Below are positions 36,333-48,830 of a stretch of 64,000 bases of DNA, piece after piece; position 1 is the first letter of the stretch; each line of letters starts with the position of its first letter. Made by a program: the position numbers and the translations under genes. The notes beneath the pieces were generated by a model. It was not told the DNA's origin. It was given only the letters and a program-made list of their open reading frames with translations, and searched no databases. Where the stretch lies: NCBI RefSeq assembly GCF_000497125.1, contig NC_090598.1:868001-932000 (forward strand), written 5' to 3'. Source of the stretch: Spironucleus salmonicida. Taxonomy: Eukaryota.

Positions 36333-37112
36333 TTATAAAAATAATATATTATATCACGATATAATATAATTAGGATGTAAAAAGTTAATACCTGTAAAAC
36401 TAACAATATATTATACAATTAATTAAATCTATTATTATAGATAATTACGAGAATTTATACTAAGTTTCAAGATAGTTTTATCCATATAAATTAGAGAACA
36501 AATAGCCAATTGTATCCTCAAACAAATCAGGTAAATAATAAAGTATTAAATTAATAGTAATAATAATTGTATATGAGTGTTTTCAAAAAGTATAGTTTAA
36601 TTATTAATCCATATCACATAAATAGTAAATTTAAAAATAATAGAAATAATATTTTCTCAGAATAATAGATACTAAAGGTGATAGTAACTATAAGTTAAAT
36701 AAATATGGGAGTTGTATTTACTGCAAGTCTCAGCATTATGGTAAATGCCAGTTAACACCAAAAAATATGAAAAATATGTAACGTGTTCTTTAAATAGTTA
36801 TAATGCATTTAATTTTTGTGAGCATTTACATTAAAGCGACATATATTTAATTAAACTACACTACTAAATGTTTTTATTTTGATAAAATTGAGCTAATTTA
36901 TAGAACTAAATATTATATAGAACAATTAAATTTTAATTAATTAAGGATACTGAATAATCTTAAATATTTATGTACTCCTGTTAATTAACTTAGTAAATAC
37001 TACTAAATTCCTTAGAAACTAATTGCATACCAAGTATACTTTATAACTATTCCAAATATTAATAACATATTTCATCTAGTTTCTCCGGTGTTTATTATCA
37101 GCCTATTGCAAT

Positions 37113-37433
37113 CGCGAATCCGAATAAACTGCCACTCCACAAATGCAGGTGGACCTCCAGCTCGACGCCACGCTGCGTTACATCGACCGCTATCAGGGCT
37201 GCCGCTCCGACACGCCCCAGAAGTCGTGTACTCAGTTCGCCGGATACGCGACAGTGCGCCCCACGGCGGAGCTGTACCCCCTGCCAGCGCTGCCGCCGCA
37301 CCGCTGTGCCTCCCGCAAACCAGAGGTCGGGGATGGCCGGCAGAGGCTGAACGAGGTGCGCAACTTCAGGCGCGGCTGGCGCTTCTGAGTGAGGGGTTGG
37401 GTAATTTGTGTATCGAATGCGGCGGTCACGCCG
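37113..37433 (+). repeat. 321-bp dispersed direct repeat, copy 2
   Basis: Matches 20517-20837. Confidence 0.93.
37143..37388 (+). CDS. hypothetical small protein (81 aa), copy 2
   Basis: Identical to 20547-20792. Confidence 0.65.
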   Translation: MQVDLQLDATLRYIDRYQGCRSDTPQKSCTQFAGYATVRPTAELYPLPALPPHRCASRKPEVGDGRQRLNEVRNFRRGWRF

Positions 37434-37610
37434 ACATAGGAAAGTGTCAGGAGTTTAAGTGCAATTAAACTTCGATGAATTTTCTGATAACATTCGCAAA
37501 TATATTTTTTTCTGCTAAAAATATGTCTAAATGATATAATATGTTAATTATAATAAATTAATATCATTCTAAGTCTTTTATAAATATAAATTCGTCTTTC
37601 TTTTATATAT

Positions 37611-37883
37611 TCATACTGCTAAAATTTAAACTAACTAGTCAGGATCAGTAAAGCTTAAACTATATCTTTCGCAGCTTATTGATAAATTTACATTAAATTA
37701 ACTTTTTGATCCATTTTCTGAGCAAAACTCAAGATCTATAAATATATCATTAATATTTTCTTCTAGAATTTATGATTTAACAGTAGATAATTTTCTCAGA
37801 CCCATTACTGGTTCTTCCTGGACTACAACAATAGATGATAAAGATGTGTCTGCTGATTATATAGTAGAAATACATTATCCCAT
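37611..37883 (-). CDS. small protein with MGQC N-terminus (possible dual acylation)
   Basis: MGQCIS start; open with TAA/TAG=Gln. Confidence 0.5.
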
Positions 37884-38541
37884 TTCTAAGTTATCAAATA
37901 TTCTTTATATTATTTAGTAATACTGTCAATAGTTTTTGTTTCTTAAGTTTTTACAAAAAACATATATATAATATTTCTAATTATAAATTAATACATATCT
38001 AGTATAAACTTTGTGGTCCTTATTGAAGTTGCTCACTTTGATTAAATGAATATTTTACAGATTGTATTTACATTAATAAAATTAAGCATAATTGATCTTA
38101 TTGTCTAGGAAATATTGAGTTTGGATAATACGCTATGTTATTGCTTTATGCTTGAACATATATATAAATGTTAACTTTAATTAGTTGAATACGCAATACC
38201 TATTATGATAAATAACGAAAATAGTTAATATAATTATATTGATTGATTAAAAAAATCTGCAATTGAGTTTCCCGAATCTTGTCGTACAATTATCCTTATT
38301 ATGAAATTTTTAACTTGTCTCTTCCAACTGTTAGCTTACTTTAACTTCATTAATTGTTTTGCTAATTGTAAATATAAATCTAGCAATTTATAAAATTTTA
38401 AAAAGAAATTTACATTATTATATAATATAATAAATAATTAATTAAAAATCTAAATACCAAATATTGTGTTTAGTCCTAAAACCACGCATCTCACTTTATT
38501 CAGGAACAAAACAAGTGTCATATAAACGCAAAAAACCAGTT

Positions 38542-39630
38542 TCAGTCAATTCCGTCCTCTTCATGCTCTTCTTGCTACTCAACTACCCCATTCACCTCGT
38601 ACATCCCTGCATCGTTAAGCATTCCACCCCCGGCCACGAAAATTCCGGCCAGATAGTCATCCCCGAATAATGAAATTGCAATCATTTTCAACTTTTCGCT
38701 CCAATTTTAATCAACAAAATGCAGCACTTCCGGCGCTCTGAATAACAATTTCTGCTCCAACTCGTTAAGCCGCTCGGTGCCCACTCCCGATGCGGCCGAA
38801 ATAAGCTCATTTTCCCTGAATTCGACCAACTTCTGATATATCGAGTTTGTGGTTCGCGGTGTGTGCTGCACGGCCAGAAGCTGCTTCTGGAGCGTGTTAA
38901 GCTGCTGCGCCGAGCTCTCGATACGGTATTGTGCTTCCTCCTGGATCGCTGTGAAGTTCTGCTGCGACGCGAAGAGCTGCCGCTCCAGGTCCTTAATTAT
39001 GCGCTCGTAGCCGCCCACGTCCTCCTGCGCGCCCTAGAATTCGCGTTCCGTCTGCGCCTGCAGGGTCGCGACCTATCCCTCCAGCTGCGCTTTGCTACGG
39101 TCCAGCTTCCGCAGCTCTCTGATCAGAATTTCGTTATCGCGTTCGAGAGCAGCGCGCGCCTTCTCCTGCTCGAATGCGTTTCCGGCGCCGTCGCGCTCCT
39201 GGATCTGCCGGAAGAGCTGCTCCTGCTCCGCGAGAAGCTGCTACCGCTGCTGTTTCAGGCGTGTCACCTCGTCCTGCAGCTTCATGTTGTGCTTCGTGAG
39301 CGCCTGATACTGCTCGTGGGTGACCGGTGGAGGCTTCAGGACCTGAAAGCTCGAAATTTGGATGTTTTTGATGGGCGGAACCGCATTTTGGGGCCGCTTG
39401 GGGCGTTATATCTCTGCCGTGGATGTGCTATCTCGGAGGTCGAGCTTCAGCGATTCAATTTCACGTTTTGCCGCCTACAGGTGCGACTTCGTCGTTTTGT
39501 AGAGCGATTTGTAGTTTTTAAGCTGCTATTTGGCAAATTTGAGGGATGACTCCAATTGCGCGTTCAGTTCTAGAATTTGTGGTGTCGTGAGCGGTTTCGG
39601 CTTGGGTATTTGGGGAAGCGGTTTGGGCAT
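38542..39630 (-). CDS. coiled-coil protein (362 aa)
   Basis: E/Q/L-rich heptads; open with TAA/TAG=Gln. Confidence 0.7.
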
Positions 39631-40222
39631 TTTTAATAGTATACATATTGGATATTATATAAAAACCATAACTTAAATAAACTAGAAATGAAAGTTGTTT
39701 TTATATAATAATATAAATAACTTTTTATACAGTAAATCGGAAAATGGAAAAAATAATTTATTTATAATTGTAAATTTTTAAAAGGTAGATAATACTGATT
39801 TTCGTGAAATACAAGGTAAAGCATATAATTGGATGTGCTAGAATGAATAAAAGTTAGGTAAATCAGTTACGTTATATCTTTTAGCTTTCGTGAAAATCTT
39901 GCATATGAGTATACTGTTATTGAAATGTAATTCTTAGTTATAGGTTTTATACCAAGATTACATGATTCTCGTTTGGTTATAATGGTATTATACATTTAAA
40001 TATTTTTTCCTAGAAATATTTATATTGCTATAACATAATTAACTAGCGTCAAAGAAATACTTTTGAATGATAGTATTTTAGTTGCGTAAAATATTTGTAT
40101 CATAAAAACATATAATATATTTAAATATATATTGATTTACTGTTAAATAAAAATATAGTGAATTGTTTAAAATATTATTTAATTACTTAGAAATAATATC
40201 ATTTGTAAAAAATCGGGAAACC

Positions 40223-40327
40223 ATGTTCGAGAAAGAAACCGAGGAGTACAAGAAGAGCTACAGCCAGGTCGTGAGGTTCATGGACAGGCAGGAGACTGGT
40301 GTGAGCTGGATCAACGATGTGAAGTGA
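40223..40327 (+). pseudogene. 3' fragment of the 24732-26228 gene with an in-frame ATG from the flank
   Basis: EEYKKSY..VVRFMDRQETGVSWINDVK matches that gene's C-terminus. Confidence 0.6.
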
Positions 40328-40406
40328 GGTAATTAGGTTTTAGGGAACTGGTCTAAACCACAAATACAATGCGTTTATATAATATGGTATGCGATACTGC
40401 ATAAAA

Positions 40407-41066
40407 ATGGGCAGGACACCGCCAGTCGCACACCAGGCCTTCGACGAGGCGTTCCTGCGGGTTCTCCGCACAAGAGTTCCAGACCTTCCGCAGAACGCAT
40501 CTCCCCGCGATGCTATTGCGCTATTCCACAGCCTGTCTAAGCAGGATCGTCAGGGGTTCTGGCCGGCACTGAACAAGATCCTAGGGGTCACCGGGGACTG
40601 GTCCACCAAGCACTTCTCAAACTGCTATCAGAAGCATGCATACTCAGGGGACATCAAGCGCTACCATAAGGTACTCATCGACTGCATTGCCTAGGCGTAC
40701 CACGAGGAGGGGCCAGACGTGGACTAGAAGACTCTTCGCGAGAGCTGCAAGAAGCTGGTGGAAGGAAAGGACATCTTCCCCATCGCCGTCGACAACCTTG
40801 TGTACCACGTGGTTAAGGGGCTCCGGAGCGGCGAGCGGCAGCTAGCTAACCGGGTGCCAGATCCCAAGGACACAATTGTTCTGAAGCCACTCTTCAGCAA
40901 CCCTCCCGAGGCCTAGCACGCGCATTAGCCTGCCTATTACGGCATGAACGATCCTATAATTAACCAGGCGATTGCCTCGCTGGAAATGTTCCAGGCAAAC
41001 CTCGCCAACTCCAACCTCCCGAGCCTGAATCTCTTCAGCGCCAACTACAGCGGCGCCTTCTGGTGA
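40407..41066 (+). CDS. hypothetical protein, possibly Myb/SANT-like, copy 2
   Basis: Copy of 23977-24636 with a few replacements. Confidence 0.6.
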
Positions 41067-41078
41067 TGGTGTATTGCC

Positions 41079-42158
41079 TCACAGCACATGCTCTAGCTGG
41101 CTCAGGTTCTCCGTGACGCTGTGGGGCGTGCTGACTATCAGGCCATGGTGGTCGTCGTGCGGCTGCTCTACGTCCTCCTTCGGCCGCACGTACGACAGGG
41201 TCTGCACGTAGGAGACCCGGTCGATCCAGTTCAGCGTGCTGGCCACGTACAGGCTGTCGGTCTTGGGGAGCTCCTGCGAGATGACCTTCTGGAAGAAGTA
41301 GGGGAAGAACACGCCGTGGTACACCAGCATCACCAGGAACCCGATGATGATGCCGTACCCGTAGCAGATCAGGATGTACACGGGCAGGTACTTCTTGTTC
41401 ACCAGCACCTTCTGCTGCTGCCTCTTCACCAGCCGGTGGTTGGCGAGCGTGAACCCGAAGTTCAGGAACGACTGGTAGTAGATCGCGCGGTACTGGGCCA
41501 GCTCGGCCGAGGCGTCGGAGAGCATCGCCAGCTCCTGGAATATTATCGTGTGCAGGCAGAGCAGCACGGAGAAGATCACCAGCCGGTTCGGGGTCGTCAG
41601 GAACTCGGTGGGCATGAACCGGAGGATGTGGTGCCGGTAAAACCCGATGTAGATCGTGGTCCGGGCGAGTGAGAGCGGGATGGAGTCGTTGATGACGTAG
41701 TACAGCAGCCAGCTAATCAGGTACCAGAAGATGATCTTGTACGGGTATGGGTGGTGGATCACCTGATGGTCGAAGAAGAACAGCGACATCATGACGGTGA
41801 TCGTGAACCAGTACCTGTGCAGGATGATGATGTCCGTCTGCCCTGGGAAGTAGCGCAAGACGAAGAAGGACTCCGCCGCAAAGAGCAGCACCCCGCAGCC
41901 CACGACGAGTGACGACACGATTATGTACTTCACGACGTAGTGGAGCTTCTCCAGGCGCTTTTCTGCCTCCTTGAAGGTGCGCTGGGTCAGCAGCGAGGCG
42001 AGGGTGAGGCTCGAGATTATGTCGCCGTAGAATATTTCGAAGTACCGCGGGCTCATCCCGCAGCACAGGAAGACGGTGCCGAAGACGATGACGGCGATGG
42101 GCAGGGACGCGAGGACGGACAGGAGGCACTTGAGCAGCTGCAGGGCAAACTCGTTCAT
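41079..42158 (-). CDS. multi-pass membrane protein, copy 2
   Basis: Protein identical to 22885-23964. Confidence 0.8.
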   Translation of the reverse strand: MNEFALQLLKCLLSVLASLPIAVIVFGTVFLCCGMSPRYFEIFYGDIISSLTLASLLTQRTFKEAEKRLEKLHYVVKYIIVSSLVVGCGVLLFAAESFFVLRYFPGQTDIIILHRYWFTITVMMSLFFFDHQVIHHPYPYKIIFWYLISWLLYYVINDSIPLSLARTTIYIGFYRHHILRFMPTEFLTTPNRLVIFSVLLCLHTIIFQELAMLSDASAELAQYRAIYYQSFLNFGFTLANHRLVKRQQQKVLVNKKYLPVYILICYGYGIIIGFLVMLVYHGVFFPYFFQKVISQELPKTDSLYVASTLNWIDRVSYVQTLSYVRPKEDVEQPHDDHHGLIVSTPHSVTENLSQLEHVL

Positions 42159-42866
42159 TTATTTTGGCGTTACGTAACCTCATTATTATAGTCTATACGC
42201 GCAAATGGCGGCCGTCATAAACTCGCTGCTGCATTCAGCCAGGCATCGCTCTGGGCCGGCGGCCGCCGAGGCAAGTGTAGGGTGGGATTACTAGTATACA
42301 ATACCACATAGTATATGCTATCCGGCCCGCCCAGGGCTCTGGAGGAGGCAGATGCAGCGGCACCGGGTCCTCTTGCGCCCGCAGCCGTCCCGCACCCAGA
42401 ATGCAAGAGCTGCGGTGTGGAGGCCGGCAGAGCATTTTCGCAATTTGGCATTAGCGACTTTGGACACCCCACTCAGGCCCAGCTGACCTGGCGGAGCAGG
42501 GCGGGCTCGCTGCTCACCATCCCACCCGTACTCAGCGGGCAACGCCGCGAAGACAGTGCCGGCGCACGGGCAGACATAAATTATCCGGCAGCAGCGTCCC
42601 TGCAGCAGTACGGGCAGGCGCCTCCCCACGACTCCGCGCAAGGCCCAATCGCCCCCCGCTGGCGCCGAGTCACTCCGCGGATCGCCAGGATTGCTCCGCG
42701 CACGCAGAAACTCTCTCGCAAATTTGATTTAATTTCAGAAAAACCAACTAATTTACCAATATACTTGTACCCGCACCGATCTGGCCATACTCATATATGC
42801 GCGACTATTCAAAAACTAATGAATATTTGATATTATACGGTACTGTCGATAGAATCACTTCCCAGA

Positions 42867-43925
42867 ATGGACAAAATATAGCCCGAGCAGAGGATCTTCA
42901 TCTACAAGCAGGTCTTCAGCGAGACCAGTCTGCCCAAGAAGATCATCGACGACTATATGAAGGCCTCCGCGAAAACCCAGCAGGAGGCCAAAGTTTTCAA
43001 AACCACGATCTACCCCAAAAAGTCGGTCCCCTACCACGAGATAAACTTTAAAAACCTAGACAGGCTCGAGCTGCCGGTGGATATCTACAACCGGTCCCTG
43101 CTGTACACGACGTTCCTGGGCGCGCAGACGCTGCAGACGGCGCGGGACCTGCTCTACCGCGTGAAGCTCCTGCCAATGAACGCCGAGTTCAACCTGGTGC
43201 ACGACAGGGACATCCTGGAGACGCAGTTCCTGGCGAGCAACTACGTCTAGCAGCACTCGATGCTGCTCGCGGACATCGACCGGACCTTCTCCTCGCTCTG
43301 GCTGTTCCAGGCAGGCCAGCTGTTGTTCCATCCACTGAACAACGTGGTGTGCGCCGCCATCCTCCACAACAACTTCTACGTGCAGGGGCTGTCGCTTCTA
43401 ACCGCTGTGCTGTTACTGAGCGCGGACACGGAGGAGCAGGCGCTGGCGCTGGTCTTGCACTACTGCGGGTCCAGGGTGTTCCGGGATTTCCAGTCGTTTG
43501 CGGAGCAGACCATCAAGACGTACTCCATTTGCATTTTCAAGGCGGTCATCCGCCTGTTCGAGGACCAGGGCGAGCCCTTGCACGTCATCCAGGAGCGACT
43601 GTCGCAGAGCGTCTATCATCTGGTGGACTGCGCGCTCAGCGGACTGATCTTCACGGGCTTCGCCAAGAAAGGAATTAAATTCTCACTGAGAATCTTAGAC
43701 GTGGTCATGGCGAGCACCAATTTAGACCAGACATTGCTCGAAGTGCTGATTGCGTACGCCTATGAGTCGAGCTGCGAAATATTGGAGAACGGCGATGAGG
43801 GCGTCGTGTAGATGATGAAACAAGGCGGCGGGGATCCAGCCAGGATTATACAGACCGCGAAGCGCATTAAGGGGAAATTTACGGCCGAGATCAACAACCT
43901 GTTCGTGCTGCTGGAGATGGTCTGA
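42867..43925 (+). CDS. TBC-domain Rab-GAP, copy 2
   Basis: DIDRTF and YVQG motifs. Confidence 0.82.
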
Positions 43926-43927
43926 GG

Positions 43928-44056
43928 TCACAACCAGTTCAGCAGGCGGTCCCGGAGCACCAGGTAATTCTTGATATTGTCCGTCCTGTTCATCTGTATT
44001 TGCATGTTGTCAATCATGCTTTACGATGGACGATACGCCAGCGTAATTGAACGCAT
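43928..44056 (-). CDS. hypothetical 42-aa peptide (also at 47688-47816; 3' part at 21044-21115)
   Basis: ATG to TGA, converging on the TBC stop. Confidence 0.35.
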
Positions 44057-44113
44057 TTTAAGGATGCGGTAGTATGATAAATAATATTATTTCTATATAG
44101 TAAGGTCACTTAG

Positions 44114-44527
44114 TCATAAGCTAGTTTCTGGAGTCATGCTTTGCTGTAAATTCTTTAATTTAAAGTAGCTATCTCGATAACTAACGTCATCAAAATACAC
44201 TTTATAGTCCAGCATGATAAGTATCTTATTTTCTTCTACCTTCACCTGATGGGGGTCCTTAACGAATTTATAAAGTCGTGATGGCGCATCAACAATCATC
44301 TTGTTGGTTAAGGATAATACCGCAGTAATTGTTGACTCGTAGTCGTCAATTTGGTGATTGCTCTCAAAAATCCGAACAAACAATGGAAGGCAGCAAACTA
44401 ATGACTCTGGCACCAAGCCACCATGGATAAGAAGGCCGTATACCAAGTCATAAATATCTTTGAGCGGGATATCATCAAAGTACATGTGTAGAAACAATGC
44501 GATGTTGCGAGTGGTTATATGATTCAT
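44114..44527 (-). CDS. cyclin-like protein (Pho80/Pcl-type box), copy 1
   Basis: LPLFVRI...AVLSLTNKMIVD...EENKILIMLDYKV pattern. Confidence 0.7.
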   Translation of the reverse strand: MNHITTRNIALFLHMYFDDIPLKDIYDLVYGLLIHGGLVPESLVCCLPLFVRIFESNHQIDDYESTITAVLSLTNKMIVDAPSRLYKFVKDPHQVKVEENKILIMLDYKVYFDDVSYRDSYFKLKNLQQSMTPETSL

Positions 44528-44635
44528 ACTATAAAGTGATTTTCTAATAAAACCATTAATAACATATATTATTTCGCAATTATTTTTAGTAGATTTTATA
44601 ATACAAGAAACTATTGAGTGTTAATGATAACAAGT

Positions 44636-45913
44636 TCAGTCTCTTTCACCTCTGATATTTTGCATTGTAAAGGCATCTTCTACGTCTCTTTGCGTCAAAT
44701 TTTTTCCAAGTAGATACGAAAGTTTCGCATATGCTGCTTCTGATGTCATGCCCTACGATGATTTAGCGCCTGCTTTCTTCAGCTAACTCGAGGCATTATA
44801 CGAGCCGAGTTTAATTTCGCTAGTATGAGCTTGCGATACCAATCCAATTACACAGCCTGCCTTGTGTAATTCCCCTAGTTTTTCGCAGAATTAGTCCGAA
44901 CCACCATTTCCTTCGCCGAACACTTGTAGAATTATACCCTTGCATGACTAGTAATTTTCTAAAACTTAAGGCTCGAGCCCTGGGACTAAGTGGATTACTC
45001 CTATAGAATCACAAATATCCGCAACTTTAAAATCGCCTGCTCCATAATCCGGCTCTTAAAAGTTTCTCACCAAATCACGTCTATAGTTAAGCGTTATGCC
45101 AAACTCAGCCAAAGGTTGCATTTAGGTAGAGTCAAATGCATCTAAGGACCATGACGAAAACTTTTAACTTCTATTTCCACGCATAAGCTTATTATTTATA
45201 AATACTGTTACCTCAGGAATTTACAGCTAAGAAGCACAAATAATAGATCCTGCTAAGTTAAAGTATCCATCAGAGTAAGGAGATGATAAAGGTAGTTACG
45301 ATGCGGTCAAAACTACATGCTTCTATAAATTCTCAAACATGAACGAAAGCGCGGATGCAGTATACGCTAAAGTATCAGTTCCATGAACAATGACAAAGCC
45401 TTTGAAGATTTCGTAGATCTCAAGGACTGAAAGGGCTATTTTCCTCCAATCTTCTGGTGTCATGATAGAAGAATCAATAGGAGGGGGTAATGAATATAAC
45501 ATATAAGATGGCATATCTTTATGGATAAAAATAGGATTAGTTTAGAGTACCGATAATAAATAGTTTGGATCTGGACTCAATTGTCCCTATGCATCTTTCA
45601 CCATACCAATAGTTCCACCAGTATAAATAATAGCGATAGCCTTAGATGGTTTTTCGGGTAGTTTAGTGATTGGTTTGAGTAATTTTTCATGAATATTTTA
45701 ACAGGTTTATTTAGGGGATTCAAATTATTGTTATATTTTGTCAGATAATGATTTTGTACCGTATAAAGGGATACCTTCTACATTTGGCAATGTGGATGGT
45801 GGAGACTTTAGTAACTTGTCTTTAATGATTGTATGTTATTAAATTGAATTTACTTGCACCTGATTTAACCGCGGTTTAATAATATTTTAATGAGCTTATT
45901 AATTCTTGCTCAT
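44636..45913 (-). CDS. ansA: L-asparaginase type I, long N-terminal form (425 aa)
   Basis: [36 protein letters not shown] and [10 protein letters not shown] motifs. Confidence 0.88.
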
Positions 45914-46031
45914 TTAAGTATTGCTTATGATGCTACAAGAGATATAGTTTAATATAATATATCTGGTGAAAAAATGTATATATAATTATTATGAATACTA
46001 ATATAATAATTTAATTCAGAATCACAAATAA

Positions 46032-47108
46032 ATGAACTACTAACAAAGTTTATACGAAAAATTACTCAAACCAATCACTAAACTACCCGAAAAACCATCT
46101 AAGGCTATCGCTATTATTTATACTGGTGGAACTATTGGTATGGTGAAAGATGCATAGGGACAATTGAGTCCAGATCCAAACTATTTATTATCGGTACTCT
46201 AAACTAATCCTATTTTTATCCATAAAGATATGCCATCTTATATGTTATATTCATTACCCCCTCCTATTGATTCTTCTATCATGACACCAGAAGATTGGAG
46301 GAAAATAGCCCTTTCAGTCCTTGAGATCTACGAAATCTTCAAAGGCTTTGTCATTGTTCATGGAACTGATACTTTAGCGTATACTGCATCCGCGCTTTCG
46401 TTCATGTTTGAGAATTTATAGAAGCATGTAGTTTTGACCGCATCGTAACTACCTTTATCATCTCCTTACTCTGATGGATACTTTAACTTAGCAGGATCTA
46501 TTATTTGTGCTTCTTAGCTGTAAATTCCTGAGGTAACAGTATTTATAAATAATAAGCTTATGCGTGGAAATAGAAGTTAAAAGTTTTCGTCATGGTCCTT
46601 AGATGCATTTGACTCTACCTAAATGCAACCTTTGGCTGAGTTTGGCATAACGCTTAACTATAGACGTGATTTGGTGAGAAACTTTTAAGAGCCGGATTAT
46701 GGAGCAGGCGATTTTAAAGTTGCGGATATTTGTGATTCTATAGGAGTAATCCACTTAGTCCCAGGGCTCGAGCCTTAAGTTTTAGAAAATTACTAGTCAT
46801 GCAAGGGTATAATTCTACAAGTGTTCGGCGAAGGAAATGGTGGTTCGGACTAATTCTGCGAAAAACTAGGGGAATTACACAAGGCAGGCTGTGTAATTGG
46901 ATTGGTATCGCAAGCTCATACTAGCGAAATTAAACTCGGCTCGTATAATGCCTCGAGTTAGCTGAAGAAAGCAGGCGCTAAATCATCGTAGGGCATGACA
47001 TCAGAAGCAGCATATGCGAAACTTTCGTATCTACTTGGAAAAAATTTGACGCAAAGAGACGTAGAAGATGCCTTTACAATGCAAAATATCAGAGGTGAAA
47101 GAGACTGA
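46032..47108 (+). CDS. ansA: L-asparaginase type I, short N-terminal form (358 aa)
   Basis: Same core sequence as 44636-45913 with a different first 8 aa. Confidence 0.88.
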
Positions 47109-48646
47109 ACTTGTTATCATTAACACTCAATAGTTTCTTGTATTATAAAATCTACTAAAAATAATTGCGAAATAATATATGTTATTAATGGTTTTATTAG
47201 AAAATCACTTTATAGTATGAATCATATAACCACTCGCAACATCGCATTGTTTCTACACATGTACTTTGATGATATCCCGCTCAAAGATATTTATGACTTG
47301 GTATACGGCCTTCTTATCCATGGTGGCTTGGTGCCAGAGTCATTAGTTTGCTGCCTTCCATTGTTTGTTCGGATTTTTGAGAGCAATCACCAAATTGACG
47401 ACTACGAGTCAACAATTACTGCGGTATTATCCTTAACCAACAAGATGATTGTTGATGCGCCATCACGACTTTATAAATTCGTTAAGGACCCCCATCAGGT
47501 GAAGGTAGAAGAAAATAAGATACTTATCATGCTGGACTATAAAGTGTATTTTGATGACGTTAGTTATCGAGATAGCTACTTTAAATTAAAGAATTTACAG
47601 CAAAGCATGACTCCAGAAACTAGCTTATGACTAAGTGACCTTACTATATAGAAATAATATTATTTATCATACTACCGCATCCTTAAAATGCGTTCAATTA
47701 CACTGGCGTATCGTCCATCGTAAAGCATGATTGACAACATGCAAATACAGATGAACAGGACGGACAATATCAAGAATTACCTGGTGCTCCGGGACCGCCT
47801 GCTGAACTGGTTGTGACCTCAGACCATCTCCAGCAGCACGAACAGGTTGTTGATCTCGGCCGTAAATTTCCCCTTAATGCGCTTCGCGGTCTGTATAATC
47901 CTGGCTGGATCCCCGCCGCCTTGTTTCATCATCTACACGACGCCCTCATCGCCGTTCTCCAATATTTCGCAGCTCGACTCATAGGCGTACGCAATCAGCA
48001 CTTCGAGCAATGTCTGGTCTAAATTGGTGCTCGCCATGACCACGTCTAAGATTCTCAGTGAGAATTTAATTCCTTTCTTGGCGAAGCCCGTGAAGATCAG
48101 TCCGCTGAGCGCGCAGTCCACCAGATGATAGACGCTCTGCGACAGTCGCTCCTGGATGACGTGCAAGGGCTCGCCCTGGTCCTCGAACAGGCGGATGACC
48201 GCCTTGAAAATGCAAATGGAGTACGTCTTGATGGTCTGCTCCGCAAACGACTGGAAATCCCGGAACACCCTGGACCCGCAGTAGTGCAAGACCAGCGCCA
48301 GCGCCTGCTCCTCCGTGTCCGCGCTCAGTAACAGCACAGCGGTTAGAAGCGACAGCCCCTGCACGTAGAAGTTGTTGTGGAGGATGGCGGCGCACACCAC
48401 GTTGTTCAGTGGATGGAACAACAGCTGGCCTGCCTGGAACAGCCAGAGCGAGGAGAAGGTCCGGTCGATGTCCGCGAGCAGCATCGAGTGCTGCTAGACG
48501 TAGTTGCTCGCCAGGAACTGCGTCTCCAGGATGTCCCTGTCGTGCACCAGGTTGAACTCGGCGTTCATTGGCAGGAGCTTCACGCGGTAGAGCAGGTCCC
48601 GCGCCGTCTGCAGCGTCTGCGCGCCCAGGAACGTCGTGTACAGCAG
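46056..48646 (-). repeat. inverted repeat D, right arm
   Basis: Reverse complement of 43098-45688. Confidence 0.95.
47217..47630 (+). CDS. cyclin-like protein, copy 2
   Basis: Identical to 44114-44527. Confidence 0.7.
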   Translation: MNHITTRNIALFLHMYFDDIPLKDIYDLVYGLLIHGGLVPESLVCCLPLFVRIFESNHQIDDYESTITAVLSLTNKMIVDAPSRLYKFVKDPHQVKVEENKILIMLDYKVYFDDVSYRDSYFKLKNLQQSMTPETSL

Positions 48647-48685
48647 ATATTTCGTATAGTTTTCGTTATTATTTATAAGGATCAT
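47819..48685 (-). CDS. 5'-truncated TBC Rab-GAP, copy 3, with new N-terminus
   Basis: Lacks the first 77 codons; in-frame ATG 13 codons outside the arm; both catalytic motifs retained. Confidence 0.5.
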
Positions 48686-48830
48686 TAATTTAATAATATA
48701 CACAATGCCTATATATCGAAATTACGCTTCGATTAATCCATTGATGCATATTATATACAGAATTGAAAAAATTATTGTTTTATTAAATTTTACAATAGTA
48801 TATTATACAATAATTAAGGAATTAGATTGA

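Larger units (their letters stand above)
40240..43996 (-). repeat. inverted repeat B, right arm
   Basis: Reverse complement of 21047-24819. Confidence 0.95.
43098..45688 (+). repeat. inverted repeat D, left arm (2591 bp); overlaps the right arm of B
   Basis: Reverse complement of 46056-48646; coordinates sum to 91744; 367-bp spacer. Confidence 0.95.
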
